A stretch of 40,640 nucleotides of DNA from Propionibacteriales bacterium (lineage in GTDB: Bacteria; Actinomycetota; Actinomycetes; Propionibacteriales; Nocardioidaceae). Under the pieces are notes generated by a model. That model saw only the letters and a list, made by a program, of their open reading frames with translations. It did not search any database and was not told the DNA's origin. The stretch is taken from the NCBI GenBank assembly GCA_019510315.1, contig JAEKKP010000089.1, forward strand, positions 1 to 40,640, given 5' to 3'. Positions 9,810 through 21,995 of the stretch are shown piece after piece; position 1 is the stretch's first letter; each line of letters begins with the position of its first letter. Both the position numbers and the translations under genes were made by a program.

Positions 9810-10368
9810 CGACCGACCGCGCTCCGGGTTCGCCCCGACCGTCGGCCTCGGCCTGGTGACCGCCGCGGTCGGCAGCGTGGCCTCTGCGAAGGCGTGGTTC
9901 AGGCTGGCGTCGGGCAGCCCCGCGCTCCCCGGCGTGCCGCCGTCAGAGCGCACCATCGACATGCCGCTCGCGCTGGCGCTCTCGCTCGTGGTGCTGGCCG
10001 GATGGGGAGCCGTGCTGGTGTCCCGAGGAGCGTGGCGCCGCGTGCTGGTGGCGATCGCCCTGGTGGCCGCCCTGGGCCTGGTCGCGTGCGCGGCGGCTGC
10101 GCCTTTCGTGCTGCCCGACGACCTGCGCGACGCACTCGGGCCGACGAGCGCCGGTCTCGCAGTCCGGCCGACCGGCTGGTTCATGACCGCCGCGGTGGCG
10201 TCGCTCCTGAGCCTGGCTGCGCTGGTGGCGGCCTGGCGGCTGGCCCCTCGCTGGCCCACCATGAGCAGCCGGTACGACGCCCCCGCCGCGCGCGCGTCGG
10301 AGCCGGACGAGACCGACCTGTGGAAGGCCCTCGACGCCGGCCACGACCCGACGGACCCGAGCACCTGA
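9802..10368 (+). CDS. Trp biosynthesis-associated membrane protein
   Basis: Four TM segments and the C-terminal [21 protein letters not shown] signature; located in the trp region. Confidence 0.85.
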   Translation: MADDRPRSGFAPTVGLGLVTAAVGSVASAKAWFRLASGSPALPGVPPSERTIDMPLALALSLVVLAGWGAVLVSRGAWRRVLVAIALVAALGLVACAAAAPFVLPDDLRDALGPTSAGLAVRPTGWFMTAAVASLLSLAALVAAWRLAPRWPTMSSRYDAPAARASEPDETDLWKALDAGHDPTDPST

Positions 10369-10433
10369 CCGACGCGCGCGTCCCCCTAGAATGCTCACGC
10401 CCGAGCTGATGGCATCGACAAGGAGTCACCCCC

Positions 10434-10625
10434 ATGGCGGACAACCACGGCAACACCCCGGCAGCCTGGACGGCCGTGGCGATCGCGCTGGCCGGCTTCG
10501 TCGTGGGTGGGATCGGCCTGATGGCCGACTCGATGGTCGTCTTCTGGATCGGCGTCGCACTCGCCCCGGTCGCGATCCTCGTGGGCTACGTGATGGCGCG
10601 GATGGGCTACCACACCACCCACTGA
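10434..10625 (+). CDS. HGxxPAAW family small membrane protein
   Basis: HGNTPAAWTAV motif, two TM segments, AAGGAG RBS. Confidence 0.9.
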   Translation: MADNHGNTPAAWTAVAIALAGFVVGGIGLMADSMVVFWIGVALAPVAILVGYVMARMGYHTTH

Positions 10626-10751
10626 CGCAGGCGCCCGTCGAGCCCGGTGACCGCCGCCCGGACCACCGGCCGGGTCGTGTGGATGACCGTGAGAACCTTG
10701 GAACCGGCCACCAGCGCCGTCCCGAGCTCCGCCGAATTGTGAGGCCACCCC

Positions 10752-11536
10752 ATGTCTGTGCTCGACGACATCGTCGCCGGCGTGCGTGACGACCTCGCCG
10801 GCCGGCAGGCTGCGCTGCCCGAGGCGGAGCTGCGTGCGATCGTCGCGGACGCCCCGCCGCCGCGTGACCCGATGCCGGCGTTCCGGGCGCCGGGCCTCAG
10901 CGTCATCGCCGAGGTCAAGCGCCGCTCACCGAGCAAGGGCGACCTGGCCGACATTCCCGACCCTGCGGCGCTGGCCCGGTCGTACGCCGCCGGGGGAGCC
11001 GACGCGATCTCCGTGCTCACGGAGCAGCGCCGGTTCGGCGGCAGCCTCGACGACCTGCGCGCGGTGCGAGCCGCCGTCGAGACGCCCGTCCTGCGCAAGG
11101 ACTTCATCGTCTCGACGTACCAGCTGCTCGAGGCCCGCGCCGCCGGTGCAGACCTGGTGCTGCTGATCGTCGCCGCGCTCGACGACGAGACCCTCGCTCG
11201 CCTGCACGTCGAGGCGCGCGAACTCGGACTCACCGTCCTCGTCGAGGTGCACGACGAGCCGGAGATCGCGCGGGCGCTCGCGATCGGTGCCGAGCTGGTA
11301 GGCGTCAACGCGCGCAACCTCAAGACCCTCGAGGTCGACCCGGGCACCTTCGCCCGGCTGGTCGGCGGGCTGCCCGACGACGTGGTCAAGGTCGCCGAGT
11401 CCGGCATCAGTGGTCCGACCGACGCGGCGCGCCACGCGGCCGAGGGCGCCGACGTCGTGCTCGTCGGCGAGGCCCTGGTCAGGGACGGCGATCCGACGGC
11501 CGCCGTGGCCGCGATGCGAGGCGTAGGAGCGCGGAC

Positions 11537-11540
<4 letters not shown>
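10752..11540 (+). CDS. trpC: Indole-3-glycerol phosphate synthase
   Basis: [36 protein letters not shown]. Confidence 0.97.
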
Positions 11541-12765
<1,225 letters not shown>

Positions 12766-12769
<4 letters not shown>

Positions 12770-13563
12770 GCACCGCGAAGGCGTTCGCAGCGACCCGCTC
12801 GGAGGGCCGGGCGGCGCTCGTCGGCTACCTGCCCGCCGGCTTCCCGACCGTCGAGGGCTCGATCGACGCGATGACGGCGATGGTCGAGGCCGGCTGCGAC
12901 ATCATCGAGATCGGGCTGCCCTACAGCGACCCGGTGATGGACGGACCGACGATCCAGACGGCCGTCCACCAGGCTCTCGAGGGCGGCGTCCGCACGACCG
13001 ACGTGCTCCACAGCGTCGAGGCCGTGGCCGCGACCGGTGTGCCGACCCTCGTGATGACCTCCTGGAACCCGGTCGAGCGCTACGGTGTCGAGCGCTTCGC
13101 CGCCGAGCTGTCCGCCGCCGGAGGCGCCGGGCTGATCACACCTGATGTCACGCCCGACTCGGTGCCGCAGTGGATCGCCGCGGCCGACGAGCACGATCTC
13201 GACAAGGTCTTCCTGGTGGCGCCGTCGTCGACGGACGAGCGGCTCGCGATGACCACGGCAGCGTGCCGCGGCTTCGTCTACGCCACCGCGGTCATGGGCG
13301 TGACGGGCGCGCGGGCGACGACCAGTGATCTCGCGCCGCCGCTCGTCGCACGGGCGAAGGCGACGACCGACCTGCCGATCGGGGTCGGGCTCGGCATCTC
13401 CAACGGCGACCAGGCCGCCGAGGTGGCGGCGTACGCCGACGCGGTGATCGTCGGCTCGGCGTTCGTTCGCGCCCTGCTCGACGCCGGCACGGACCGCGAG
13501 GCGGGACTCGCGGCTCTCCGGGTGCTGACCGAGGACCTCGCTCGTGGGGTACGGCGTGGCTGA
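12766..13563 (+). CDS. trpA: Tryptophan synthase alpha chain
   Basis: [29 protein letters not shown]; GTGA overlap with trpB. Confidence 0.97.
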
Positions 13564-14185
13564 CCGGCGCCACGCGCTCGCCGGCGTCCTCGCTGTGGTC
13601 GCCCTCGCGGTGTCCGGCTGCGGTGGGAGCTCCGACCCCGCCGTCTCCGTGGTCGCCGGCACCGACAACGGTGGCTACCACGGTGCCCACCTCGACGATC
13701 CGTACGTCGTCCCCGACATCACTCTCAGCGACGCGGAGGGCAAGCCCTACTCGCTCGCGAAGGATCCGGCCCCGCTCAAGATCGTGTTCTTCGGCTACAC
13801 CAACTGCCCCGACATCTGCCAGGCCGTGATGAGCACCATCGCGAGTGCCGTCACTCGGCTCGACGCCGATCAGCGCAAGCAGGTGCAGGTGGACTTCGTG
13901 ACGACCGATCCGGCGCGAGACACGGGTCCGGCGCTGCGCACCTACCTCGCCAGGTTCGACCCTGCCTTCATCGGGGTGACCGGCGACCTGACGCAGATCA
14001 CCGCCCTGGCGGCCCCGCTCAAGGTCTACGTCGAGAAGGGCAAGAAGCTGCCGAGCGGCGGCTACGAGGTCGACCACTCGACGTACGTCTTCGGCGTCAC
14101 CGGCGACCAGGCGCAGCTGGTCTGGACGCAAGGCACGTCGCCGGCGCAGATGGCGGCTGACATGATCAGGCTGCTCCACTCGTGA
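13556..14185 (+). CDS. SCO family copper chaperone lipoprotein
   Basis: Lipobox VSGC, FFGYTNCPDIC, TTDPARDT, VDHS. Confidence 0.92.
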   Translation: MADRRHALAGVLAVVALAVSGCGGSSDPAVSVVAGTDNGGYHGAHLDDPYVVPDITLSDAEGKPYSLAKDPAPLKIVFFGYTNCPDICQAVMSTIASAVTRLDADQRKQVQVDFVTTDPARDTGPALRTYLARFDPAFIGVTGDLTQITALAAPLKVYVEKGKKLPSGGYEVDHSTYVFGVTGDQAQLVWTQGTSPAQMAADMIRLLHS

Positions 14186-14198
14186 CCAAGGAGTCCTC

Positions 14199-15179
14199 GT
14201 GACCGCCCACCTGCTCCCCGCCCTCTTCATCCCCAGCCCCGGGCAGGGCGTCTGGCACCTCGGACCGCTGCCGATCCGGGCCTACGCGCTCTGCATCATC
14301 GCGGGCGTCGTCGCCGCGGTCTGGTTCGGCGAGCGGCGTTGGGTGGCGCGCGGAGGGGAGCACGGCCAGGTCGGCGACATCGCCCTCTGGGCAGTGCCGG
14401 CCGGCCTCATCGGCGCCCGGGCCTACCACGTCGCCACCGACCACGCGCTCTACTTCAGCCACTCGGCCGCGCCCAACCACCACTGGCACCCGCTCGGCGC
14501 GCTCGAGGTCTGGAACGGCGGTCTCGGCATCTGGGGCGGCATCGCCGGTGGCGCGGTCGGTGCCTGGCTGGCCTGCCGTTTCTACGGGATCCGGCTCGCC
14601 CCGCTCGCCGACGCCCTCGCGCCGGCCCTGCTGCTCGCCCAGGCGATCGGCCGCTGGGGCAACTACTTCAACCAGGAGCTGTTCGGCGGCCCGACCACGA
14701 AGCCGTGGGGCCTGAAGATCGACCGGGCGAAGATCCCCGATGGCTTCGACGTGGAGAAGCACTTCTCCGGCCCGCCGTACACCTTCCACCCGACGTTCCT
14801 CTACGAGAGCCTGTGGGACCTCGGTGCCCTCGGCGTCGTCGTCTGGCTCGACCGCAGGCTGCGGCTCGGCTTCGGTCGCTGCTTCGCCCTCTACGTGATG
14901 GCCTACTGCCTGGGTCGCGTGTGGATCGAGCACCTGAGGATCGACACGATCGAGCTCAACGACGTGGCCGGCCTGCGCTGGGGCGAGTGGATGTCGATCA
15001 TCCTGTTCCTGCTGGCGCTGACCTACTTCGTCGCCGTCGGCCGCCGCCACCCCGCCCCGGACACCCGCGAGCAGAGCGTGTATGCCGAGGGGCGCGAGCC
15101 GGTCGCCGATCTCGAGGCCGCCCACGACCCTGCGGATGTCGAGACTGCCGAGCCTTCGAACGGGGCTTCTTCGAGCTGA
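14199..15179 (+). CDS. lgt: Prolipoprotein diacylglyceryl transferase
   Basis: IRAYAL, GARAYHV, GLGIWG, QAIGRWGNYFNQE, HPTFLYES. Confidence 0.96.
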   Translation: MTAHLLPALFIPSPGQGVWHLGPLPIRAYALCIIAGVVAAVWFGERRWVARGGEHGQVGDIALWAVPAGLIGARAYHVATDHALYFSHSAAPNHHWHPLGALEVWNGGLGIWGGIAGGAVGAWLACRFYGIRLAPLADALAPALLLAQAIGRWGNYFNQELFGGPTTKPWGLKIDRAKIPDGFDVEKHFSGPPYTFHPTFLYESLWDLGALGVVVWLDRRLRLGFGRCFALYVMAYCLGRVWIEHLRIDTIELNDVAGLRWGEWMSIILFLLALTYFVAVGRRHPAPDTREQSVYAEGREPVADLEAAHDPADVETAEPSNGASSS

Positions 15180-15284
15180 GGGCCGGTGTTCGGCTCGCCT
15201 CGGTGGGTGGTTGCGTCTTCGGCAGCGACGATGGGCAGGTGGCTGGGCCGGCATCCGGCGTCGCCTCGCGCTCGGCCACCGCTC

Positions 15285-15510
15285 GGTTGTGTCGCGCGGC
15301 GTGACAGATCCCGGGACGCTGGCGCTGGTTGTGTCGCGGGAGGTGACAGATCGCGGGATGCTGGCCCTGGTTGTGTCGCGGGAGGTGACAGATCCCGCGA
15401 GGCTGGCCTCGGTTGTGTCGCGCGGTGTGACAGATCCCGGGATGCTGGCGCTGGTGGTGTCGCGGGAGGTGACAGATCCCGCGAGGCTGGCCTCGGTTGT
15501 GTCGCGCGGT
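15285..15510. repeat. Tandem array of about 5.4 x 42-bp units, each with an internal palindrome
   Basis: Units start at 15285, 15327, 15369, 15411, 15453 and 15495 (partial). Conserved core is GGTTGTGTCGCG-N4-GTGACAGATC followed by a variable GC-rich 16 nt. Confidence 0.95.
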
Positions 15511-15542
15511 GGCTGGCTGTCACCTGGTGACTGCCAGCCACC
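15508..15542. repeat. Inverted repeat capping the array
   Basis: GGTGGCTGGCTGTCACC-T-GGTGACTGCCAGCCACC, 17-bp arms with one mismatch. Confidence 0.85.
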
Positions 15543-15881
15543 GCGTAGAGCGGAACGCCGCGCTCGGGCGCCACTGGCCGACATCACACCGCGGCGCAAG
15601 CCGGAAGGCAGGGCGAACCGGCTCTCACCGTCCTCCTCGCTGCGCTTTTCGAGCGACCATCACGCGAGGTGGTCCGGATAGAGAGCCATTCCCCGCTCAA
15701 CCATCCACCATGTGAGACAACCGTCCCACGAAATGGGCGCGCTGGAGGGTCCCTGCCTGTTGTAGGCTGATCTCTCCGCATGGGCCAGCGAAGTCCTGTG
15801 CAGCATGCTTTCACCGCCGCACCGAGCCGGATCCCATCGAGGGACTCGTCCTCGTGCGCTAGACGACGACGGGAGAGTGCG

Positions 15882-18800
15882 TTGCAGGCATTCCCGCCGC
15901 CCACATCCCCGGCACCGGCCGGACGCTTCGGGCGACCAGCACCTCAGGGCCTGTACGACGGCGACCACGAGCACGACGCCTGTGGTGTCGCCTTCGTGGC
16001 GACCCTCACCGGGGTTCCGAGCCACGACATCGTGGCGAAGTCGCTCACCGCGCTGCGCAACCTCGAGCACCGTGGTGCCGCCGGCGCGGAGCCCAACTCG
16101 GGCGACGGGGCGGGCATCCTCATGCAGGTGCCCGACCGGTTCTTCCGCGAGGTGACCGCCGACCTCGGGTTCGAGCTGCCGCCGCAGCACGCGTACGCCG
16201 TCGGCACGGCCTTCATCCCCGGCGACGCCGAGCAGGTCGAGAAGACCCGCAAGCGCGTCGAGGAGATCGCCGCGGAGGAGGGCCTCAACGTGCTCGGCTG
16301 GCGCGAGGTGCCGACCGACCCGTCGTCCCTGGGCGCCACTGCACTCTCGACGATGCCGAGCTTCCGCCAGCTCTTCGTCTCCGCACGCGGCAGCCGCGTG
16401 CTCGGCATGGGCCTGGAGCGGCTCGCGTTCTGCCTGCGCAAGCGTGCCGAGCACGAGACCGACGCCTACTTCCCGTCGCTGTCCAGCCGCACGATCGCCT
16501 ACAAGGGCATGCTCACCACGGAGCAGCTCGACCACGTCTTCCCCGACCTGGTCGACGAGCGGGTCGAGTCGGCCGTCGCCGTGGTGCACTCGCGGTTCTC
16601 GACCAACACCTTCCCCAGCTGGCCGCTGAGCCACCCGTACCGCTTCATCGCGCACAACGGCGAGATCAACACCGTCATGGGCAACCGCAACTGGATGCGC
16701 GCCCGCGAGGCGCTGCTCTCCAGCGAGGTCATCCCCGGTGACCTCGAGCGACTGTTCCCGATCTGCACGCCCGGCTTCAGCGACTCCGCGTCCTTCGACG
16801 AGGTCCTCGAGCTGCTGCACATGGGCGGCCGCAGCCTTCCGCACGCCGTGCTGATGATGATCCCCGAGGCGTGGGAGAACCACACCGAGATGGACGCCAA
16901 GCGCAAGGCGTTCTACGAGTTCCACTCCGCGCTCATGGAGCCGTGGGACGGCCCGGCCTGTGTCGTGTTCACCGACGGCACCCAGGTCGGCGCCGTGCTC
17001 GACCGCAACGGCCTGCGACCGAGCCGCTACTGGGTCACCGACGACGGGCTCGTCGTGCTGGCCAGCGAGGTCGGCGTACTCGACCTCGACCCGGCCACGA
17101 TCGTCCGCAAGGGCCGGCTCCAGCCGGGCCGGATGTTCCTCGTCGACACCGAGGAGCACCGGATCATCGAGGACGAGGAGATCAAGTCGGCGCTGGCCGC
17201 CGAGCACCCGTACGACGAGTGGCTGCACGCCGGCCTCATCAAGCTCGGTGACATCGCCGAGCGGGAGCACGTGATCCACAGCCACGCCTCGGTGACCCGG
17301 CGCCAGCAGATCTTCGGCTACTCCGAGGAGGAGCTGCGGATCCTGCTGACGCCGATGGCGAACACCGGGGCCGAGCCGATCGGCTCGATGGGCACCGACA
17401 CGCCCGTGGCTGTCCTCTCCGACCGCCCCCGGATGCTGTTCGACTACTTCGCCCAGCTCTTCGCCCAGGTGACCAACCCGCCGCTGGACGCGATCCGTGA
17501 GGAGCTGGTCACCAGCCTCAACGGCACGATCGGCCCCGAGGCCAACCTGATGGAGCCGACGCCCGCGTCCTGCCGCCAGGTGGTGCTGCCGTTCCCGGTG
17601 ATCACCAACGACGAGCTGGTGAAGATCCGGCACATCAACCGCGACGGCGACATGCCGGGCTTCATCACGCACGTCTCCCGTGGCCTCTACGAGGTCGCCG
17701 GCGGGGGAGTCGCGCTGGCCCGGCGGCTCGACGAGATCTGCGCCGAGGTCTCGGACGCGATCGGTCAGGGCGCCCGGATCATCGTGCTGTCCGACCGGCA
17801 CTCCGACGCGGTCAACGCGCCGATCCCGTCGCTGCTGATGACAGCCGCGGTCCACCACCACCTCGTGCGTGAGAAGACCCGCACACAGGTCGGCCTCATC
17901 GTCGAGGCCGGCGACGTCCGCGAGGTCCACCACGTCGCGACCCTCATCGGGTACGGCGCCGCGGCGGTCAACCCCTACCTCGCGATGGAGACGGTCGAGG
18001 ACCTCGCCCGCGACGGGTTCTACGTCAAGACCGAGCCCGACGTGGCGGTCCGCAACCTCGTCAAGTCGCTGGGCAAGGGCGTGCTCAAGGTGATGTCCAA
18101 GATGGGCGTCTCCACGGTGGCCTCCTACACGGGCGCACAGATCTTCGAGGCGCTCGGCCTCTCGCAGGAGCTGGTGGACAAGTACTTCACCGGCACCACC
18201 TCCAAGCTCGGCGGGGTGGGTCTGGACACGATCGCCGAGGAGGTCGCGCGCCGGCACCGGGCGGCGTACCCGGTCGACGGCATCGCGCCCGCCCACCGCG
18301 ACCTCGCGATCGGTGGGGAGTACCAGTGGCGCCGCGAGGGCGAGCTGCACCTGTTCAACCCCGACACTGTCTTCCGCCTGCAGCACGCGACGCGAAGCGG
18401 TCGCTACGACGTGTTCAAGCAGTACACCAAGCTCGTCGACGAGCAGGCCGAGAAGCTGATGACGCTGCGCGGGCTGTTCAAGTTCAAGGACCCCGCCGAG
18501 CTCGGCCGCACCCCGATCCCGATCGAGGAGGTCGAGCCCGTCTCCGCGATCGTCAAGCGGTTCTCCACCGGCGCGATGTCCTACGGGTCCATCTCGCAGG
18601 AGGCGCACGAGACGCTCGCGATCGCGATGAACCGCCTCGGCGCCAAGTCCAACACCGGCGAGGGCGGCGAGGACGCCGACCGGCTCTACGACCCGGAGCG
18701 CCGGTCGTCGATCAAGCAGGTCGCGTCCGGCCGGTTCGGCGTGACCTCGGAGTACCTCACCAACTCCGACGACATCCAGATCAAGATGGCCCAGGGTGCC

Positions 18801-20465
18801 AAGCCCGGCGAGGGCGGCCAGCTGCCCGGCAACAAGGTCTACCCGTGGATCGCCAAGACCAGGTACAGCACACCCGGGGTGGGCCTGATCTCGCCGCCGC
18901 CGCACCACGACATCTACTCGATCGAGGACCTCGCGCAGCTGATCCACGACCTGAAGAACGCCAACCCGCAGGCGCGGGTGCACGTGAAGCTCGTCGCCGA
19001 GGTCGGCGTCGGGACGGTTGCCGCGGGTGTGTCGAAGGCGCACGCCGATGTCGTCCTGATCTCCGGGCACGACGGCGGCACGGGCGCGTCCCCGCTCACG
19101 TCGCTCAAGCACGCGGGCGGTCCCTGGGAGCTCGGCCTGGCCGAGACCCAGCAGACCCTGCTGCTCAACGGGCTGCGCGACCGGATCGTCGTGCAGACCG
19201 ACGGCCAGCTCAAGACCGGCCGTGACGTCGTCATCGCCGCGCTGCTCGGTGCCGAGGAGTACGGCTTCGCGACCGCGCCGCTCGTCGTGTCGGGCTGCGT
19301 CATGATGCGCGTCTGCCACCTCGACACCTGCCCAGTAGGTGTGGCCACGCAGAACCCCGTGCTCCGCGAGCGGTACTCCGGCAAGCCGGAGTTCGTCGTG
19401 AACTTCTTCGAGTACATCGCCCAGGAGGTCCGGGAGCTCCTTGCCGAGCTCGGCTTCCGCTCGCTGGAGGAAGCCGTCGGCCACGCCGAGGCGCTGGACG
19501 CCGAGCGCGCCGTACGGCACTGGAAGGCGGCGGGCCTCGACATCGCGCCGATCTTCCACGTGCCCGAGCTGCCCGAAGGCGCTTCCTTGCACAACACCAT
19601 CGGCCAGGACCACGGCCTCGAGAAGGCGCTCGACAACGAGCTGATCGAGATCTGCGGGCCGGCGCTGGAGCACGGCGAGCCGGTGCGGGCGCAGCTCCGC
19701 ATCCGCAACGTGAACCGCACCGTGGGCACGATGCTCGGCCACGAGGTGACCAAGCGCTACCGCGCCGAGGGGCTGCCGCCGGGCACGATCGACCTGACCC
19801 TGGTGGGCTCGGCCGGTCAGTCGTTCGGCGCGTTCCTGCCACGCGGCGTGACCCTGCGGCTCGAGGGCGACGCCAACGACTACGTCGGCAAGGGTCTCTC
19901 CGGCGGGCGGATCATCGTGCGACCCGACCGCGCCGCGACCTTCGCCGCCGAGGAGCAGATCATCGCCGGCAACACGATCGCGTACGGCGCCACGGCGGGC
20001 GAGATCTTCCTCCGCGGCCAGGCGGGAGAGCGGTTCTGCGTGCGCAACTCCGGCGTCACGGCCGTCGTCGAGGGTGTCGGTGACCACGGCTGCGAGTACA
20101 TGACCGGGGGCGCCGTCGCGGTGCTCGGCGCGACCGGCCGCAACTTCGCTGCCGGCATGAGCGGTGGCGTCGCCTACGTCCTGGACCTCGTCGAGGGCCG
20201 CGTCAACGGCGAGCTCGTCGAGCTCGCCAAGGTGGAGGGCAAGGCGGCCGACGAGCTGGAGCTGCTCGTGCGCCGGCACTTCGAGGAGACCGAGTCGCCG
20301 GTCGCCGAGGCACTGCTGGCGAACTGGCCGGCGTCGCTCAGCCGGTTCACCGAGGTGATGCCGAGCGACTACAAGCGCGTGCTCCAGGCGCGCGAGGAGG
20401 CCCTCGAGGAGGGCCTCGACGAGGACGAGACCGCCGCGCGGATCATGGAGGTGCTGCATGGCTGA
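15882..20465 (+). CDS. gltB: Glutamate synthase large subunit
   Basis: [55 protein letters not shown]; TTG start chosen after GGGAG. Confidence 0.98.
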   Translation: MQAFPPPTSPAPAGRFGRPAPQGLYDGDHEHDACGVAFVATLTGVPSHDIVAKSLTALRNLEHRGAAGAEPNSGDGAGILMQVPDRFFREVTADLGFELPPQHAYAVGTAFIPGDAEQVEKTRKRVEEIAAEEGLNVLGWREVPTDPSSLGATALSTMPSFRQLFVSARGSRVLGMGLERLAFCLRKRAEHETDAYFPSLSSRTIAYKGMLTTEQLDHVFPDLVDERVESAVAVVHSRFSTNTFPSWPLSHPYRFIAHNGEINTVMGNRNWMRAREALLSSEVIPGDLERLFPICTPGFSDSASFDEVLELLHMGGRSLPHAVLMMIPEAWENHTEMDAKRKAFYEFHSALMEPWDGPACVVFTDGTQVGAVLDRNGLRPSRYWVTDDGLVVLASEVGVLDLDPATIVRKGRLQPGRMFLVDTEEHRIIEDEEIKSALAAEHPYDEWLHAGLIKLGDIAEREHVIHSHASVTRRQQIFGYSEEELRILLTPMANTGAEPIGSMGTDTPVAVLSDRPRMLFDYFAQLFAQVTNPPLDAIREELVTSLNGTIGPEANLMEPTPASCRQVVLPFPVITNDELVKIRHINRDGDMPGFITHVSRGLYEVAGGGVALARRLDEICAEVSDAIGQGARIIVLSDRHSDAVNAPIPSLLMTAAVHHHLVREKTRTQVGLIVEAGDVREVHHVATLIGYGAAAVNPYLAMETVEDLARDGFYVKTEPDVAVRNLVKSLGKGVLKVMSKMGVSTVASYTGAQIFEALGLSQELVDKYFTGTTSKLGGVGLDTIAEEVARRHRAAYPVDGIAPAHRDLAIGGEYQWRREGELHLFNPDTVFRLQHATRSGRYDVFKQYTKLVDEQAEKLMTLRGLFKFKDPAELGRTPIPIEEVEPVSAIVKRFSTGAMSYGSISQEAHETLAIAMNRLGAKSNTGEGGEDADRLYDPERRSSIKQVASGRFGVTSEYLTNSDDIQIKMAQGAKPGEGGQLPGNKVYPWIAKTRYSTPGVGLISPPPHHDIYSIEDLAQLIHDLKNANPQARVHVKLVAEVGVGTVAAGVSKAHADVVLISGHDGGTGASPLTSLKHAGGPWELGLAETQQTLLLNGLRDRIVVQTDGQLKTGRDVVIAALLGAEEYGFATAPLVVSGCVMMRVCHLDTCPVGVATQNPVLRERYSGKPEFVVNFFEYIAQEVRELLAELGFRSLEEAVGHAEALDAERAVRHWKAAGLDIAPIFHVPELPEGASLHNTIGQDHGLEKALDNELIEICGPALEHGEPVRAQLRIRNVNRTVGTMLGHEVTKRYRAEGLPPGTIDLTLVGSAGQSFGAFLPRGVTLRLEGDANDYVGKGLSGGRIIVRPDRAATFAAEEQIIAGNTIAYGATAGEIFLRGQAGERFCVRNSGVTAVVEGVGDHGCEYMTGGAVAVLGATGRNFAAGMSGGVAYVLDLVEGRVNGELVELAKVEGKAADELELLVRRHFEETESPVAEALLANWPASLSRFTEVMPSDYKRVLQAREEALEEGLDEDETAARIMEVLHG

Positions 20466-21915
20466 TCCCAAGGGGTTCTTGAAGCACGACCGCGAGGTCG
20501 CCGAGCGGCGTCCGGTCGAGGAGCGCGTCGAGGACTGGAACGAGGTCTACCCCGGTGGGCCCGGCCGCGCGCTGCTGCCGATCATCCGCACGCAGGCCGG
20601 CCGCTGCATGGACTGCGGCATCCCGTTCTGCCACCAGGGCTGCCCGCTGGGCAACATCATCCCGGAGTGGAACGACCTGGTCTGGCGTGACGACTGGGAC
20701 GCAGCGATCGAGCGGCTGCACGCGACCAACAACTTCCCGGAGTTCACCGGACGGCTGTGCCCGGCGCCGTGCGAGACCGCCTGCGTGCTCGGCATCAACC
20801 AGCCCGCCGTGACGATCAAGAACGTCGAGGTGGCGATCATCGACCGCGCCTGGGAGTCCCACAACGTGCGCCCCGAGGCGCCGGAGTGGCTCTCCGGCAA
20901 GACGGTCGCGGTGATCGGGTCCGGCCCGGCCGGGCTCGCGGTGGCGCAGCAGCTCACGCGCGCCGGCCACACGGTTGCGGTCTACGAGCGCGCCGACAAG
21001 ATCGGCGGGCTGCTGCGCTACGGCATCCCTGAGTTCAAGATGGAGAAGAAGGTCCTCGACCGGCGCCTCGAGCAGATGCGGCGCGAAGGCACTGTCTTCC
21101 GGGCCGGCGTCGACGTGGGCGGAGACCTGACCGGCCACGACCTGCGCGACCGGTACGACGCCGTGGTGCTCGCCGTGGGCTCGACGATCGCGCGCGACCT
21201 GCCGGTGCCCGGACGCGAGCACGGCGGCATCCACCAGGCGATGGAGTACCTCCCGCAGTCCAACCGGGCATCGCTCGGCGAGACGGTCGAGGGGCAGATC
21301 CGGGCCGACGGCAAGCACGTCGTGATCATCGGTGGCGGCGACACCGGCGCCGACTGCCTCGGTACGGCGACCCGGCAGGGAGCGAAGTCGATCACCCAGC
21401 TGGAGATCATGCCGCGCCCGGGCGAGGACCGGCCGCCGCACCAGCCCTGGCCGACGTACCCGATGACCTTCCGCGTCTCCTCGGCCCACGAGGAGGGTGG
21501 CGAGCGGGTGTACTCGGTGTCGACGCAGGAGTTCCTCGCCGACGAGCAGGGCAACGTGCGCGCGCTGCGCTTGGTGGAGGTCGACGAGAAGTTCCAGCCG
21601 ATCGAGGGCACCGAGCACGAGATCCCCGCCGAGCTGGTGCTGCTCGCGATGGGCTTCGTCGGCCCCGAACGCGAGGGGCTGGTCGAGCAGCTCGGCGTCG
21701 AGCTCGACGAGCGCGGCAACATCGTGCGCGACGCGAGCTACGCCACGACGGTCGACGGTGTCTTCGTCGCCGGTGACGCGGGCCGGGGTCAGTCGCTGAT
21801 CGTCTGGGCGATCGCGGAGGGTCGTGCGGCGGCCGCGGCGGTGGACACGTTCCTCACCGGGGCGACCACGCTGCCGGCGCCGATCCCGCCGAGCGAACGG
21901 CCGCTCGCGGTCTGA
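20458..21915 (+). CDS. gltD: Glutamate synthase small subunit
   Basis: [45 protein letters not shown]. Confidence 0.98.
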   Translation: MADPKGFLKHDREVAERRPVEERVEDWNEVYPGGPGRALLPIIRTQAGRCMDCGIPFCHQGCPLGNIIPEWNDLVWRDDWDAAIERLHATNNFPEFTGRLCPAPCETACVLGINQPAVTIKNVEVAIIDRAWESHNVRPEAPEWLSGKTVAVIGSGPAGLAVAQQLTRAGHTVAVYERADKIGGLLRYGIPEFKMEKKVLDRRLEQMRREGTVFRAGVDVGGDLTGHDLRDRYDAVVLAVGSTIARDLPVPGREHGGIHQAMEYLPQSNRASLGETVEGQIRADGKHVVIIGGGDTGADCLGTATRQGAKSITQLEIMPRPGEDRPPHQPWPTYPMTFRVSSAHEEGGERVYSVSTQEFLADEQGNVRALRLVEVDEKFQPIEGTEHEIPAELVLLAMGFVGPEREGLVEQLGVELDERGNIVRDASYATTVDGVFVAGDAGRGQSLIVWAIAEGRAAAAAVDTFLTGATTLPAPIPPSERPLAV

Positions 21916-21995
21916 ATTCGGCTTCCCGAGCGACTCGCCCAGGTGTACTGGTGGGTAATTGGATCGTTCAAGTCGATTCCGGCTAGGGTCGTTCC

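Noticed and set aside
10677-10742. trp attenuator leader peptide upstream of trpC
   Set aside because: The 21-aa ORF has only one Trp codon, and no terminator/antiterminator structure is visible
15285-15510. CRISPR array
   Set aside because: The inter-core segments are only about 16 nt, are variants of one another rather than unique spacers, and no cas genes are present
15023-15681. ORFs with 14-aa repeats across the array
   Set aside because: Open frames arise because 42 is a multiple of 3 in GC-rich DNA. Several frames on both strands are open and none has a convincing start or RBS.
15660-20471. 1603-aa minus-strand ORF and other long antisense or alternate-frame ORFs (e.g. 1284-3026, 7613-9766, 10607-12598, 31824-33374)
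   Set aside because: Shadow ORFs of well-conserved genes caused by high GC3 codon bias; no recognisable domains
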